NCBI RefSeq assembly: GCF_964355755.1
Contig: NC_092675.1
Span: 29,546,912 to 29,610,911 of the forward strand
Direction: 5' to 3'
Length of the DNA: 64,000 nucleotides
Source of the DNA: Antedon mediterranea
Taxonomy: Eukaryota > Animalia > Echinodermata
The notes beneath the pieces are model-generated. The model was not told the DNA's origin and did no database searches. It saw nothing but the letters and a program-made list of their open reading frames with translations. A program made the translations under genes and the position numbers. Shown here one piece after another: positions 1 to 12,136 of this stretch. The first letter of the stretch is position 1. Each line of letters opens with the position of its first letter.

Positions 1-1270
1 CAAACTTAAATCATAAATTTTACTATGATGAAATCTTCACAAATTTTAAACAGTAACATATTATGAAAGTGCATACTTCAAGTTTTATATATTAACATGT
101 AAAGAAAAAAGATAAACGTTATGTTTATTGTTTTGCTCTTTGAAAATTTTATTGTTTGTTTGATGATCAAAATTTCGAAAATTATATTTAATATGCAAAT
201 AATGTAGCCATCAAACACGTTTTAACATTCAACACTATAATAAATCAGACCTACGATTCATAGACTGTAATAAAATAAAATAAAAAACGGGGGTAACCTT
301 GCATTCTGACTGTATCACTTTTAAAAGTAGACATATTTTGCAACATTTTCACAATTTGTTGACGTTTTCGTGCGCAACCAGTCATGTTTAACGTGCTCGT
401 AGAACGCCATTTCAAGTTGAAAAGTGAATAAAATAACGTAAATTTGTTAACCCAATTTTGAAAAACACAATTTATGCAAAAGAAAAGCTTATACGCGTTC
501 CCTGTGCCGTGCGCGCGTAAAAATGTGCGCACCAGTGGCAATTTTTGAAACGCTTAAAATGACCTGAAACATGCTCTAATTTAATCAGAAATTGATTTGA
601 AGCATTTTAAAATTTCAAACGCCGTTTACGCGCGCACTTTCTACTGTTTCGGTAGCGATAAAAAAGTTAACAATTGATGTGAAGCAAACGTGGCTGAAAA
701 TGACGTTTAAAAATATTTATTTGTTTCGAAGTTATAACCAATTTAAGATTTTCAGAAAATCGAGCGTAACTTACGCTACGCGGCTCTGACATCGTCCAAA
801 AGCTTGGCTGCACAACTTCCGTAAAATGTCTAAATGCTGAACAAGTTACAACATGTTATGACGCGTTGCAGAGAAACAGCGTGAACAAATTTGGAGCATT
901 TTAAAATTTCAAACGCAATTTAAGCGCAAACTTTCTAGTGTCCAAAAATTTGCTAAAGATCGAAAAAGTTAGCCATTGATGTGAAGAAAACGTGGCTGAA
1001 AGTTACGTTAAAAAATATTTATCGGTTTCGAAGTTATGATCAATTTAAGATTTTCAGAAAATCGTGCGTAACTTACGCTACGCGCGTCTGACAGCGTCCA
1101 AAAGCTTTGCTGCACATCTTCAGTTAAATGTCTAAATGTTTACCAAGTTACAACATGTTATGTTAACACGTTGCAGAGAAACGGCGCGAACAAAAGTGGC
1201 GGAAAGAAGAATAATAAAAAAGAAACACTACAATTCCAAGGGCTTATCCGCTTGAGGCGGATAACCAATT
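1..1270. mobile_element. Non-autonomous Helitron/Helentron-like element (right-hand part; left boundary unclear or outside the window)
   Basis: Terminal GC-rich hairpin TTATCCGC-ttgag-GCGGATAA (1244-1264) just before an AT-rich flank. CpG-rich body with a diverged ~300-bp tandem duplication (~597-892 vs ~893-1195). No coding capacity. Confidence 0.5.
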
Positions 1271-1578
1271 ATAAAATTGTATATTATCTAGACCTACCGT
1301 TTGTAACCTTTTCAAAGCCATTCTTTGTTATATATTTTCAACAACCTCTCTCTCTGCTTGCTGTTTTAATTTTGTTTTCCTCTCTCTCTGTGACTCGACC
1401 AAAGATCTTATATACTCTAGTATATAAGATCTTTGGACTCGACTCTTCTTCACCGCATGAGGGGAGTATTCATGGGAGTTACATTGATGATTCATTCCTG
1501 CCTCCTGCATGCAGCAGAGACTGTAAAGCTCTGTCCACACTATCAAACTTTATGTGACAAACAAATGTGATGTGCCCA

Positions 1579-2600
1579 TATTATTATTATTATTATTATT
1601 ATTACTTGTATAGCGCACATTTATACAACATTTAATTATAATCAGCGGCGCTTAACATCAATATTAGTATCGTAACATTGTTTGAAATATAGTGCTTTTA
1701 AATGTTTTTTAAACTGATTATAGTCGTCTAAGTGTTTAATGTGACTTGGTAAACTGTTCCAAATTTTGGGTCCTGCTACGGCGAACGAACGGTCAGCAAA
1801 TGTCTTTCGTTTAGTTCGTGGGATTGTCAGGTTATAACCTAACCCTAACCCTAACCCTAACCCTATGAGACGTACATTGGAAGCCATTGCAAGGATCGCA
1901 TGGCGTTAGTTGCACTGTCATACCGACCTTTCCTGACAATTATTTTCGCAGCTTGGTGCAGTAACCTCTTCATTGGAGCAAGGGTATTAGCAGGTAGACC
2001 ATAATACAATGCATTGGCGTAATCAATATTTTGATTCGATTGAACTAGTTGTTGGCAAAGGTCCTTGGAGAGAAATTTGCGGATTTGACGAATATAGTAT
2101 AAATCATTAACAGCTATCGATCTGCATTTATCGCGTATATGGTTCTTGAAAGATAGCTGGTCGACGATATTAACACCAAGGTATTTTACAGATGAACCAC
2201 GTGGTATTCTGTCCTGACATACGATGATATGATCTTTCTCGCATTTCAGGAGTTGAGCTCTGCTTCCCAATAGTATGAACTCTGTTTTTTCACTGTTCAT
2301 TTTTAGTCTGTTGGACTTCATCCAGTCGTTGATGGATATGAGGCACTCTTGTAATTTGGTGATTGTATTTACCATACTAGAACTAGAATTTGGATTAAAT
2401 GAATCATACACTGAGTGATCATCGGCATATCCCATCACAGAAATATCAAACTTACTGATGTGATCTTGTAAAGTGCTGGCATATATGGTGTATAGAACTG
2501 GACCGCATATACTACCCTGAGGTACAGAGAAGGACAAATTGGCTGTCTCCGAGTTAGTTTCGCCGATTGTTACGTTGGCAAATCGAGGAAAATTAAGGAA
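1579..2600 (-). mobile_element. 5'-truncated CR1/L2-group LINE (RT C-terminal half), degenerate
   Basis: ORF 1863-2537 has VPQGSICGP, YADD, LKMNSEKTE, VKYLGV and DYANALYYGLP. ORF 1642-1887 has ADRSFAVAGPKIWNSLP...FKKHLK. (TAA)n tail at 1579-1604. Confidence 0.9.
1835..1865 (-). repeat. Short interstitial telomeric repeat (TTAGGG)4 plus partial units
   Basis: taacc-taaccc-taaccc-taaccc-taaccc-ta on the + strand, inside the LINE coding region. Confidence 0.9.
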
Positions 2601-3444
2601 ATGATGATGTCATATCACTACCATATTTATATATTATTATATTATTATTATATTCATTTTTTGCACATATGTTCACTTGGACATACAGATTAAAAAATTC
2701 ACTAGCCAAGAAAAAAATGTATTTTATGACCATATTTGGAGTATTTTCAAAATGGCCGCCAAAACAAAATGATGGTCCATATCTTAGTAACCGGTAGGGG
2801 TACAGAGTTCATTTTAGTGTTAAATTGCTTAGAACACATATGTTTCTATTCACTCTAATACAACATTTATTAGAAAATGGCCGGAATCATCATTTCCGGA
2901 GTTGTGACCTTTGACCCTAGTATGGTCATATCTCGAAAACTACTGACAGTAGAAACATGAGGTTGGTCATAAAATATTCACAATATACATGTTAGTATTT
3001 GGTCTAACGAACTATTTTTCCCAAAAGTGAATGGAAATCATAATATTGACCTTTGACCCGATAACCTCAAATTTCGTTACCGAATGCGCATAACATCAAA
3101 ATATTGGGCTTAAATTGTCAAAAATGTATATTTTTGTATTAATTAAGGTAATGAATGAATTTGTATATTGACCAGAAGTAATGATATTAACATTTTTTAC
3201 TTAAATTTTGTTTTATATCACTACAACTAACTTCAGTGTTATAGAGAAGCAGTGCCTTTTCGACATAATCTATTTTTAACATTCCAAAGACCAGTTAAAA
3301 TAAATCACAATATTTGTTATAATAGTTTCTATTTGAGAATAATAAATACTAATAATAACAATGATTTCATTATTTAAGGTCCATAGAACCCCTTTTATAT
3401 ACAATCAATTACTATAGTATTACCTAGACAAAGATTTCCCTCCA

Positions 3445-4905
3445 AAATGGTACTGTTCCACGCATATGGAAAACTTCTATTATAAATCCATTGCCTAAAG
3501 TTAATAAACCTAGTGTACCAAAAGATTTTAGACCAATTGCAATTACTTCAAATTTAATTAAATGCTTAGAAAGGTTGATTGTTTCTAGACTTAAGGAAAA
3601 TATTGGTAATGCAGATAAGAATCAATTTGCATACAAGAAAAATAGAGGGGTTGACGATGCTGTTAATTCTTATCTCCATGATACATATCATCACCTTGAT
3701 TCAAAAAGAAATTATGTACGGTCTATTTTTTTCGATTTCTCCAGTGCTTTTAATACTATTTTACCACATGTTTTAATTGATAGATTATTAAGTTTTAATG
3801 TCTCACCTCAGCTCGCCAAAGTTATACATAGTTTTTTTTATTAATAGACCGCAGATGGTTAAGTGCAATGGTATCCTATCCAACAAAGAATCCATCAGTG
3901 TTGGAGCTCCTCAAGGATGTGTTATTTCTCCAATTGTGTTCTCTTTTTATTCAAGTAGTTTTAATATTTTAAGTAAAGATTGCAATATTGTAAAATACGC
4001 TGACGATACTGTAATTAGTGGTCTTCTTTGCGATAGTAAGCATAATGTAAATGAATTTGTTAATGAAGTTGGAAGATTTGTTAATTGGTGTGAGGATATG
4101 AACTTAATACTTAATATTACTAAAACCAAAGAGATGATAATAGATCTTCGTAAAACCGCAGTTTAACATAATGTAATAACTATTAAAGAAACCGAGGTTG
4201 AAAGAGTAACCCAATACAAATACTTAGGTACTATAATTGACAACAAATTAAACTGGGAGTCAAACTCTCTCAGAAAACTCAAGCAAATTAGAGTTGATAA
4301 CACTATTTTAATTCTATTTTATCAAAGTATTATTCAAAGTATTTTATCTTTTAGCATTGGATGTTTTTATGGTAACTTTACTGAAAATGATAAGAAAAAT
4401 ATTGAGAAACCACGTAAAATTGCACAACGTATTATTAAAGCTGATCTAACGCCTTGTTCATTTATCTATGAAAAGAGTAGGCCCTATTTAAAAAAAAGTA
4501 AACAATATTATTATGAAAGACCCCCTCATCCGTTACATTACTGTTTTAACTTAAATAGATCAGGTATTAGGCTACGACCTCCAAGAGCAAATCTTTGTAG
4601 AACTAGAAAATCCTTCGTTGTAAATAGCATTCATATTTTTAATTCTAATGTAAGACGATAATGCAATTTTTAAATAGTTTTACATTTTTAACAGTATTTT
4701 TAACTTTTTATCTTGTATTTTTAATCTGTTATGATACTGCACGTTTTAAATTGTTGCAATATTGTTGTTTTAATCTACCAAGCAAAGTGAATTTCCATTT
4801 TTATGGACAAATAAAATTGTTGCAATATTGTTGTTTTAATCTACCAAGCAAAGTGAATTTCCATTTTTATGGACAAATAAAATTTCTTGAATCTTGAATC
4901 TTAAA
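3445..4905 (+). mobile_element. 5'-truncated Rex1/Babar-type LINE, frameshifted RT
   Basis: PKVNKP..DFRPIAITSNLIKCLERL, YVRSIFFDFSSAFNTI, GAPQGCVISP, KYADDT, YKYLGTIID, HPLH..F..NRSGIRLR. Tail (CTTGAAT)n at ~4886-4902. Confidence 0.88.
4748..4881 (+). repeat. Exact 66-bp tandem duplication in the LINE 3' UTR
   Basis: AAATTGTTGCAATATTG...GGACAAATA occurs twice (TTGTTGC at 4751 and 4817). Confidence 0.9.
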
Positions 4906-5377
4906 ATGAGTATTCATAAAATCCGGCATTCTGATTGTTGACAGAGGTGGATAATTGCTAAGTGGTAAGTATTTTTATGCTTATAAAGCAGTTGTTGATT
5001 TCAAACGAGTGTTTTTATTAAATATATATATATTGATTTACCACTTTAAAGCACTTAGGTTACCATTAATTTACTTTCTTGTTTCTTTTAAGCATTTAAA
5101 TTGATTATCAATTAGGCTAACATAGGCTCGTTGCTAGGCATACCTCCACGGCGAAAACGACTGTGGCAATGCAAAGCGGATGCCTCTCATAGGCCTAGCA
5201 AATGCTTAGTTACAGGGAGTCTCAAGTGTAGTTTTGTGAAAATTTATATTGCAATTGCACATCATTATTACATTTAACTTTAAATAATTTTAATAATTAC
5301 AATTTTTTTAAATAATTTTAAATAATTGATGTAGGCTATAGGTTTAGGACCCCATAGGTAGGCCCTACAGGAATTTG

Positions 5378-5470
5378 ATGCGCCCATATATGGACATGAT
5401 AATGTTATATCACTACCATACTTGGATATATCACTACCATATTTGGTAACATCACTTTTTTTTATATCAC
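5378..5470. mobile_element. Internal fragment of Harbinger-like MITE family A
   Basis: CCCATATATGGACATGATAATG..ATATCACTACCATA 21-bp repeats. No TIRs. Confidence 0.65.
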
Positions 5471-5507
5471 TGCATTGTTTGTACATTATATTACATTTAT
5501 ATTGTAG

Positions 5508-6156
5508 GATGCATTACTTCAACATGTGAAAATCGCGGGTCAAATGGCCGAGCGGTTAAGACAGGGGCGCCGTTTACCGTAGCCTACCTAAAGAGCCAAC
5601 AATATCGGCATGGGTTCGAGGCCGACTCGCTCCTAGTTCTGGTGGTGGAACAAGTCTTCTCGGATAAGGACTATAAACCGTAGGTCCAGTGTACACAATT
5701 ATAACCTGTGTGCACTTTAAAGAACCCAGTTCATTATTCGAAAAGAGTAGGGGTTACCCCGGTGAACTGGTTCACAAAATAGCCCCTGTATCAGGGGGAT
5801 TACCACCTATCTGATAGGACAGTGATTAATTCACTATTGGTAATCCTTGGCCACATTGCCTAAAGACATAAAATAAAATAAAATAAAATAAATAAATAAA
5901 AAGAGCCATATATCAAGGAGGTATATGGACCACTTGTCAGAATGCTGAACCAACTATTCCTACTCCAGAAGATTGGGGTTGGACATTAGAAGACACACAT
6001 TGGAAGCCAGTTCGGGTGACTAAACCAGAAGCAGCCAAGGCCTGCAATGAACTTATCAAATGTGGCTCCAAATCTGACCGTGGTTGTGTGACTTGCAAAT
6101 GTGCCAAATCCAACCTCCCTTGTACAGAACTGTGCAGCTTCAAATGTCCCAGATAA
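5508..6156 (+). pseudogene. Last exon of an Academ-type transposase (C-terminal Cys-rich CXC/Cys8 finger), interrupted by a SINE
   Basis: Acceptor ttgtag at 5502-5507, then DALLQHVK (5508-5531), the SINE, and RAIYQGGIW..PTPEDWGW..HWKPV..PEAAKACNELIKCGSKSDRGCVTCKCAKSNLPCTELCSFKCPR* (5902-6156). Not in the supplied ORF track. Confidence 0.75.
5533..5901 (+). mobile_element. tRNA-derived SINE with Deu/Nin-type core domain
   Basis: A box TGGCCGAGCGG (5545-5555) and B box GGTTCGAGGCC (5613-5623). Core GGATAAGGACTATAAACCGTAGGTCC...TTAAAGAACCC...GAAAAGAGTAGGGGTTACCCCGGTG resembles the DeuSINE domain. (AAATA)n tail. Confidence 0.85.
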
Positions 6157-6261
6157 TATTACTCGTAATTGAATACAGACGATCCGTGTCAGAATTTATT
6201 ATTTCTAAGACATAGTTAATACTTATTATTATTATTTATTTTATTTTTTAATAACTGAGGT

Positions 6262-8743
6262 TTGAAAAAAAAAATTTTTGATGAGTATAATTATTATAAA
6301 AATATAGTATGTGGTGATTTTAATGCCGATCATAGGAAAAAATTCGGGAAAGAGTTGGCAGAATTCTGTAGTGAAAATGATCTGATTTTATCTGATATTA
6401 CCAGACTTCATGATAATAGTTTTACCTTTCTTAGTGACGCCCATGGTACAACGAGTTGGATTGACCATGTCATTTCTTCTCATGGCGCTGATACGTGCAT
6501 ATCTGAAGTCAATGTTATTTATGATTTATTTTTTTATAGTTTTAAGTATGAGTTTAATGTCAATAGTTATAAGATTGGTAATGATAAAGAGTATACTAAT
6601 AATAATGTAGATTCACTGTTTGCTAAAGTTGATTGGAGTAATGTTAAAGAACCAGAATTACGTAATTATTGTAACCTTACAGAAAAGTTGTTAAAAAATA
6701 TATATGTTGACTCCAACTTAATATTATGCACCGGATGTAATGGGTGCTCGCACAGGAAAGGTATAGATGATTTGTATAATGATATTGTTTGTGCCTTATC
6801 TAGTGCCTCCAAAATGTGTTTTAAAAATAAGAAAATAAAAAATGTGACCCATATTCCTGGGTGGAATGAAAATGTCGCAGAATACCATAATGTGGCCAGA
6901 GAAGCATTCCTTCTATGGGTTAATAATGGTAAGCCTAAATCTGGGTCATTATTTGAGGCGATGCGTGTGACAAGATCACAATTTAAAATGATTTTACGCA
7001 AGTGTAAATCAGAAGAAGAACAGCATAGGGCTGATTCTATGGCTCAGTCTTTATCAAAAAATGATTATGCTGATTTCTGGAAAAAGGTTTATAAGTCTAA
7101 ATCATGTACTCCTGTTCTTACAGAATCTTTGGATAATGTTAATGGTGAAAATGATATATGTAACCACTGGGCCGCTCATTTTGAGGAGCTGTTTAATTGT
7201 GTTCATAATGATAGTAATAAGGATTATGTTCAGAGTATACTTGTTAATTGTAATGATGATTGTGGTTGTGAGGTAAATGTCCAACAGGTAGCGGGTATTA
7301 TTAAAGATTTATCTAGTGGTAAATCCCCGGGAAATGATAAGTTGAGCTCCGAACACTTAAAGTATGCTAGCAATAGACTAACAGTTATGCTGTCCTTATG
7401 TTTTAATTTAATGATTCGTCATGGTCATGTGTCTGCTGAGTTATGTAAAGTTGTAATTGTCCCGATTTTAAAATCTAAATCAGGTGATATTACGAGTAAA
7501 AGCAATTATAGGCCTATAGCTTTAGCTAGTGTGGTTTCTAAGGTACTAGAATCTGTATTAATTCAATTGTCCGGAGATAGCCTTAAGTCATCTGACCATC
7601 AGTTTGCGTTTAAATCGGGTCACTCCACAGATACATGTATATTTGTCTTAAAACAAGTTGTTGAATTTTATACTCGGCAAAATAGCCCTGTATATGCTTG
7701 CTTTCTTGATGCCTCTAAGGCATATGACAGAGTAAATCATTGGACTCTTTTTAAGAAATTGTTAAACAGAAAGATGCCAACCGCAATTGTAAAATTGTTA
7801 TCGTGTTGGTACTCACAGCAACAGTTTTGTATTAAATGGGGAAGATCCATCTCCCGATGGTTCTATGTAAGAAACGGAGTGCGACAGGGTGGAATCATGT
7901 CTCCGTTACTGTATAATGTTTACATTGATGATTTGAATGTAGCACTTAGTAGATGTGGTTACAGGTGTAGAACCTCAAATACTGTCCTAAATAATTTAAG
8001 TTATGCTGATGACATGACTATTATGGCTCCATCTTTTTATGGGTTAAAAAATATGGTTAAAATAATGTGAGCAGTATGGTTTAGAACATGATGTTATTTA
8101 TAACGCAAAAAAATCTGTCTGTATGGTTTTTTCTCCAAAGAAGAAACAGGGTGAAGTGGTATCAAATATTATGCTAAATAATGATATATTATCTTACGTC
8201 AATGAAGTGACTTACCTAGGTCATATTTGACGTAATAATTTAGATGATTCTAATGACATTAATCGCCAGTATCGAGCTCTTTGCATTCGAGGTAACACTC
8301 TTTGTAGACGTTTTAGTAGATGTAATGAGAAGGTTAAATGTAATCTGTTCAGGTCGTTTTGTACTAATCTGTACTGTTGTATGTTATGGTCTAACCACAC
8401 TGTTAAGATTATTAAATCTTTGGAGGTGTACTACAACAATTCATTGAGAATGTTGCTAGGTTTACCTAAGCACTGTGCTAGTAATATGTTTGCCACGAGG
8501 AGAATTCCCTCTTTCTACGAGCATGTACGTAAGTGCGTCTATGGTTTTAGATTAAGAATTGTGAATAGTGAAAACGATCTGGTTAGGTGTACCACGAACC
8601 ATTTGTTACGAGATTCAAAGCTCTACACTAAGTGGGAAAAACTCCTATTTTAGTTTGATCTTCCGGTTTTGTATTATTTGTTGTATATATAGTATATATG
8701 GAATATTTATTCTGAAATAAAGTGATCAAATCAAATCAAATAA
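6262..8743 (+). mobile_element. 5'-truncated RTE-X-like LINE (end of AP endonuclease plus RT), stops/frameshifts after 8070
   Basis: 602-aa ORF with CGDFNA and TSWIDH (APE), PGWNE..HNVAREAFLLW..GKPKSG, NYRPIAL, FLDASKAYDRV, GVRQGGIMSP and YADD. Broken continuation to 8653 (YLGH, LFRSFC). AATAAA then (TCAAA)n tail. Clade is less certain than LINE identity. Confidence 0.88.
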
Positions 8744-8898
8744 AATGAAGAAGTGTAAACTGTAAATATAATACACTGCAAAACAGTTATATTAATTTAT
8801 TGAAGCTTACAACTTGCAGAAAATAATCTGGAAATGTAATCACTCATTAGTAAAATGTAACATTCCTCTACACATAACGAGGTAGGCCATATCTCTAA

Positions 8899-9754
8899 AG
8901 CCCCTTTCTCACAGAGTTGTGTGCCAGGAATATTGCGGGAATATACCATTACCATGCCGGTATGGTTTTCTGTGAGAACGGGTCGTCTTGGCAGCGCATC
9001 ATGCCGGCACCATGCCGGCATCGACATGACCTGCTTTAGACCAGGGAGTTGTTAGTTTAGACCTAGTAATATTCTAGGGATATTCCCCGCAATGCCAGAC
9101 GGGCATTCTGTGAGAACGTATCGCCGTTATATTCCGGGGTTCCCCGTCGAGGCTTTGACACCTTGCGCGGTCAAGTGTATCACTTTGGCGCCTATTCAAT
9201 TCAATTAACAATAATAATGTCGAACTGGAGGGATAATGAGATAAGAGAGCTGCTTAAAATAAGGGGACAAGAAGAAATTTGTAGCATAATCTATAGGCCG
9301 CTAGGCTAGGCCATTGGCATTAGCTCTTTGTTTGTTGGTGCCTGACCTTTCGTCGCCTTGTAAATTGTAGGCCTACAGCCTTCTAAGGTGTTTTACAGAT
9401 TGCCGATGACGGCAAATTAATTGCTATACCTGTATAATATATGCACAATATACTGTACATAGCATGTATTGCATAAATATGCTATAAAGGAAGATAATAA
9501 TCTGTAACTTAACATTCGCCGCCATATCATCGCTAGACAAAAATAATAACAATAAAGGACGCCCTCAATAATTATTTTGTCAGAGACTTTTTATTGGCCG
9601 AATATGCCCGACTCCTTTCTCACAGAAAGCCGGTACATACCGGTTATATTTCCGGCACGATAGTCCGATGAGAATGGGTATATGCCGGTAACGATACCGG
9701 CACGACGCCAGCACTGTACCGGTATATTGCAGGCACATCTGTGAGAAAGGGGCT
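8899..9754. mobile_element. Non-autonomous PIF/Harbinger derivative
   Basis: TIRs AGCCCCTTTCTCACAGA / TCTGTGAGAAAGGGGCT flanked by TAA and TTA. Internal MSNWRDNEIRELLKIRG (from 9217) resembles the N-terminus of a Harbinger Myb/SANT protein. Confidence 0.8.
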
Positions 9755-9784
9755 TTATAGATACAACAATCTGAATCGCTCTAA

Positions 9785-9940
9785 AGCGTGGTTCTCACTA
9801 GCGACGCAAATGAATTGACCAACCACAAGCGATGGCTTATTCGCTTATGATTTCTAACTGTCTATAACTTCGCTTGTCATTGGTTAAAACGCTTGCGTTG
9901 CGTTTACGTCCTTGCGTTACGTTCTAGTGGGAACCAAGCT
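9785..9940. mobile_element. Harbinger-like MITE (family B)
   Basis: TIRs AGCGTGGTTCTCACTAG / CTAGTGGGAACCAAGCT with TAA on both sides. A TIR remnant AGCTTGGTTCCCAC also lies at ~49315. Confidence 0.8.
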
Positions 9941-12136
9941 TAAACAAACATTTATCATATGAAAAAGTAATTGTTTAAATTTGTTGAGAAAACAATGTAT
10001 TGCGTGAAAAATAAGTGTTTGACTGCCAATGTTGTAGTGATATAAAACAAAATTTAAGTTAATATCATTACTTCTGGTCAATTGACAAATTCAGTCATTA
10101 CCTTAATTAATACAAAAATATACATTTTTGACAATTTTTGCCAAATATTTTGATGTTATGCGCATTCGGTAACGAAATTTGAGGTTGTCGGGTCAAAGGT
10201 CAATATTATGATTTCCAGTCACTTTTGGGAAAGATAGTTCGTTAGACCAAATACTAACATGTATATTGTGAATATTTTAAGACCAACCTCATGTTTCTAC
10301 TGTCAGTAGTTTTCGAGATATGACCATACTAGGGTCAAAGGTCACAATTCCGGAAATGATGATTCCGGCCATTTTCTAATAAAATGTTGTATTAGAGTGA
10401 ATAGAAACATATGTTCTAAGCAATTTAACACTAAAATGAACTCTGTACCCCTACCGGTTACTAAGATATAGACCATCATTTTTGTTTTGACGGCCATTTT
10501 GAAAATACTCCAAATATGGTCATAAAATAAATTTTTTTTCTTGGCTACAGTGATTTTTTAAATCTGTATGTCCAAGTGAACATAATGTGCAAAATTTGAA
10601 AACTTTGTCATCCGTGTAACGTTTTTGACCCTAAGGCACCCCACTATATGAAAAAAAAAAATGGATGGGTCGCAAAGTTTCCGATACTGAAACTTTTTCG
10701 TATGAATTATACACTGATCTATATGTGAAATGTTCTCAGTTTTGTAGAATCTACAACATTTTACATCTACAGTTTTTCCCTATGAGTTGACGTGCGGCGA
10801 GTCCGTAGCGTACACACTGGGAATCGACCCGGGAATCAACGACGGGGCAATGGACGCTTTTGACGCATAATTCGTTGTTAATATACAAAGTGGGGAATCC
10901 CCTTTTAGGACGTGGATTTAATAACCTACCAACTGGTTCTACGACGGTATTTTTCTGTAGTTTGCAAAGGAGTGTGTAACTTGACTGAAAAACTGAACTT
11001 TGATGTACCGGCGGTGGGAACTTTTACAATGAACGTTAGAACAATATAAACAGGTCCATCCCAAATTACACTCATAGCGATGTTGTTCAGGCCTTTATGG
11101 TTCGGGAGAACCCCTTGACGTTAGCATTGAGCGCAAATGTGTTTACCGGCGGAAAAAGTAGCTTTGGCACAGGCCACGTCCCCCATTCCACCACAAAAGC
11201 AGCCGCGTAACAAGGGGTTCTTGTCAGTGGGGGGGGGGGGGGGGGCAAAGAGGGGCTGATCCTTCCAGACACCAAGTACTTGAGCCACAGACCACCCATG
11301 GTGGGGGCTGTGGCGAAGCGAATTTTGGTAAATGACACCCCTAGATCGTCGGAAATGGTACTCTCGCACATAAAATTCATGATAAATGGCGCCTCCAACT
11401 AGTACTAGTTGGCCTGGAAATAACACTCCCATTTATTGCACAGCAATCAGCAAAATGATCGTACATTTTCCACCGTTAAAAACACACGTGACATAACATT
11501 TGAACATGTGAAAACCCAATCTAACATTGGATCCGCACCTGGCAAAGGTAGTAATTTTTCCGGTTAGAAGAAGACTGAAACAGGGCCGTAACCAGGTTTG
11601 ACGGCGGGGTGGATCGTTAAGTTGTTTAGTGGAACCATACCCTCGAATTTTTTTTTCTCTATAGGCTCTATGGCCGCAAATCGCATTTCCGGCTAATCTC
11701 TTTTGTTTATGAACTATATAATTTGGTGTAATTTCCAGCCCACGAATTTCAATTGCTGACCTTATATTGTCAGAGGACGGCATTCTCTTGCCGACCGAAA
11801 CTAGGCTAGATCCCTCCTCCGTTTAAGCCTCCTAGCAACAACATGGTACATTAAGGGATCGTATCATTGAGACTTTAACAGGCATATTCACCATCATGTG
11901 GTGTTTAGATGTAGGGAGAGGACTATGACAATAGACAACTGGGTCACTTCACTTTTGGTTCAGTTAGTGTATTTTTTTCTGTGGATTCGATCAAAGAATA
12001 TATATCACAAGAATGAGTATTCCGCGATTTTTGCATGAGAAATTTGTAACAGAGAGCTCCAGAGAGTGATGCCCGCCCTCATAAGGGCGGATGTATACAT
12101 ATTACATAAGACTTGATTTAATAGATAATATACTAT

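Larger units (their letters stand above)
1527..2628. mobile_element. Harbinger-like MITE (family A) split by a LINE insertion
   Basis: Left TIR AGCTCTGTCCACACTATCAAACT after TAA, running to GTGCCCATAT (~1580). The family body ATGATGATGTCATATCACTACCATATTT resumes at 2601. Right TIR missing. Confidence 0.75.
2653..10646 (+). mobile_element. Degenerate Academ-like DNA transposon with ~570-bp terminal inverted repeats
   Basis: 2653-3227 is the reverse complement of ~10031-10595. The right end terminates ...GGCACCCCACTA (TAGTGGGG on the minus strand, an Academ-type TAG terminus). A transposase C-terminal remnant lies at 5508-6156. The left TIR lacks its outer ~45 bp. Confidence 0.7.

Noticed and set aside
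1642-1887. GLGLGLGLG low-complexity peptide
   Set aside because: Simply the translation of the telomeric insert.
5535-5630. Functional tRNA gene
   Set aside because: A and B boxes are present but the spacing is abnormal, and it continues into a Deu core and tail, so it is a SINE head.
6262-8070. Intact or domesticated RT gene
   Set aside because: 5'-truncated within the endonuclease, with a stop just after YADD and further breaks downstream.
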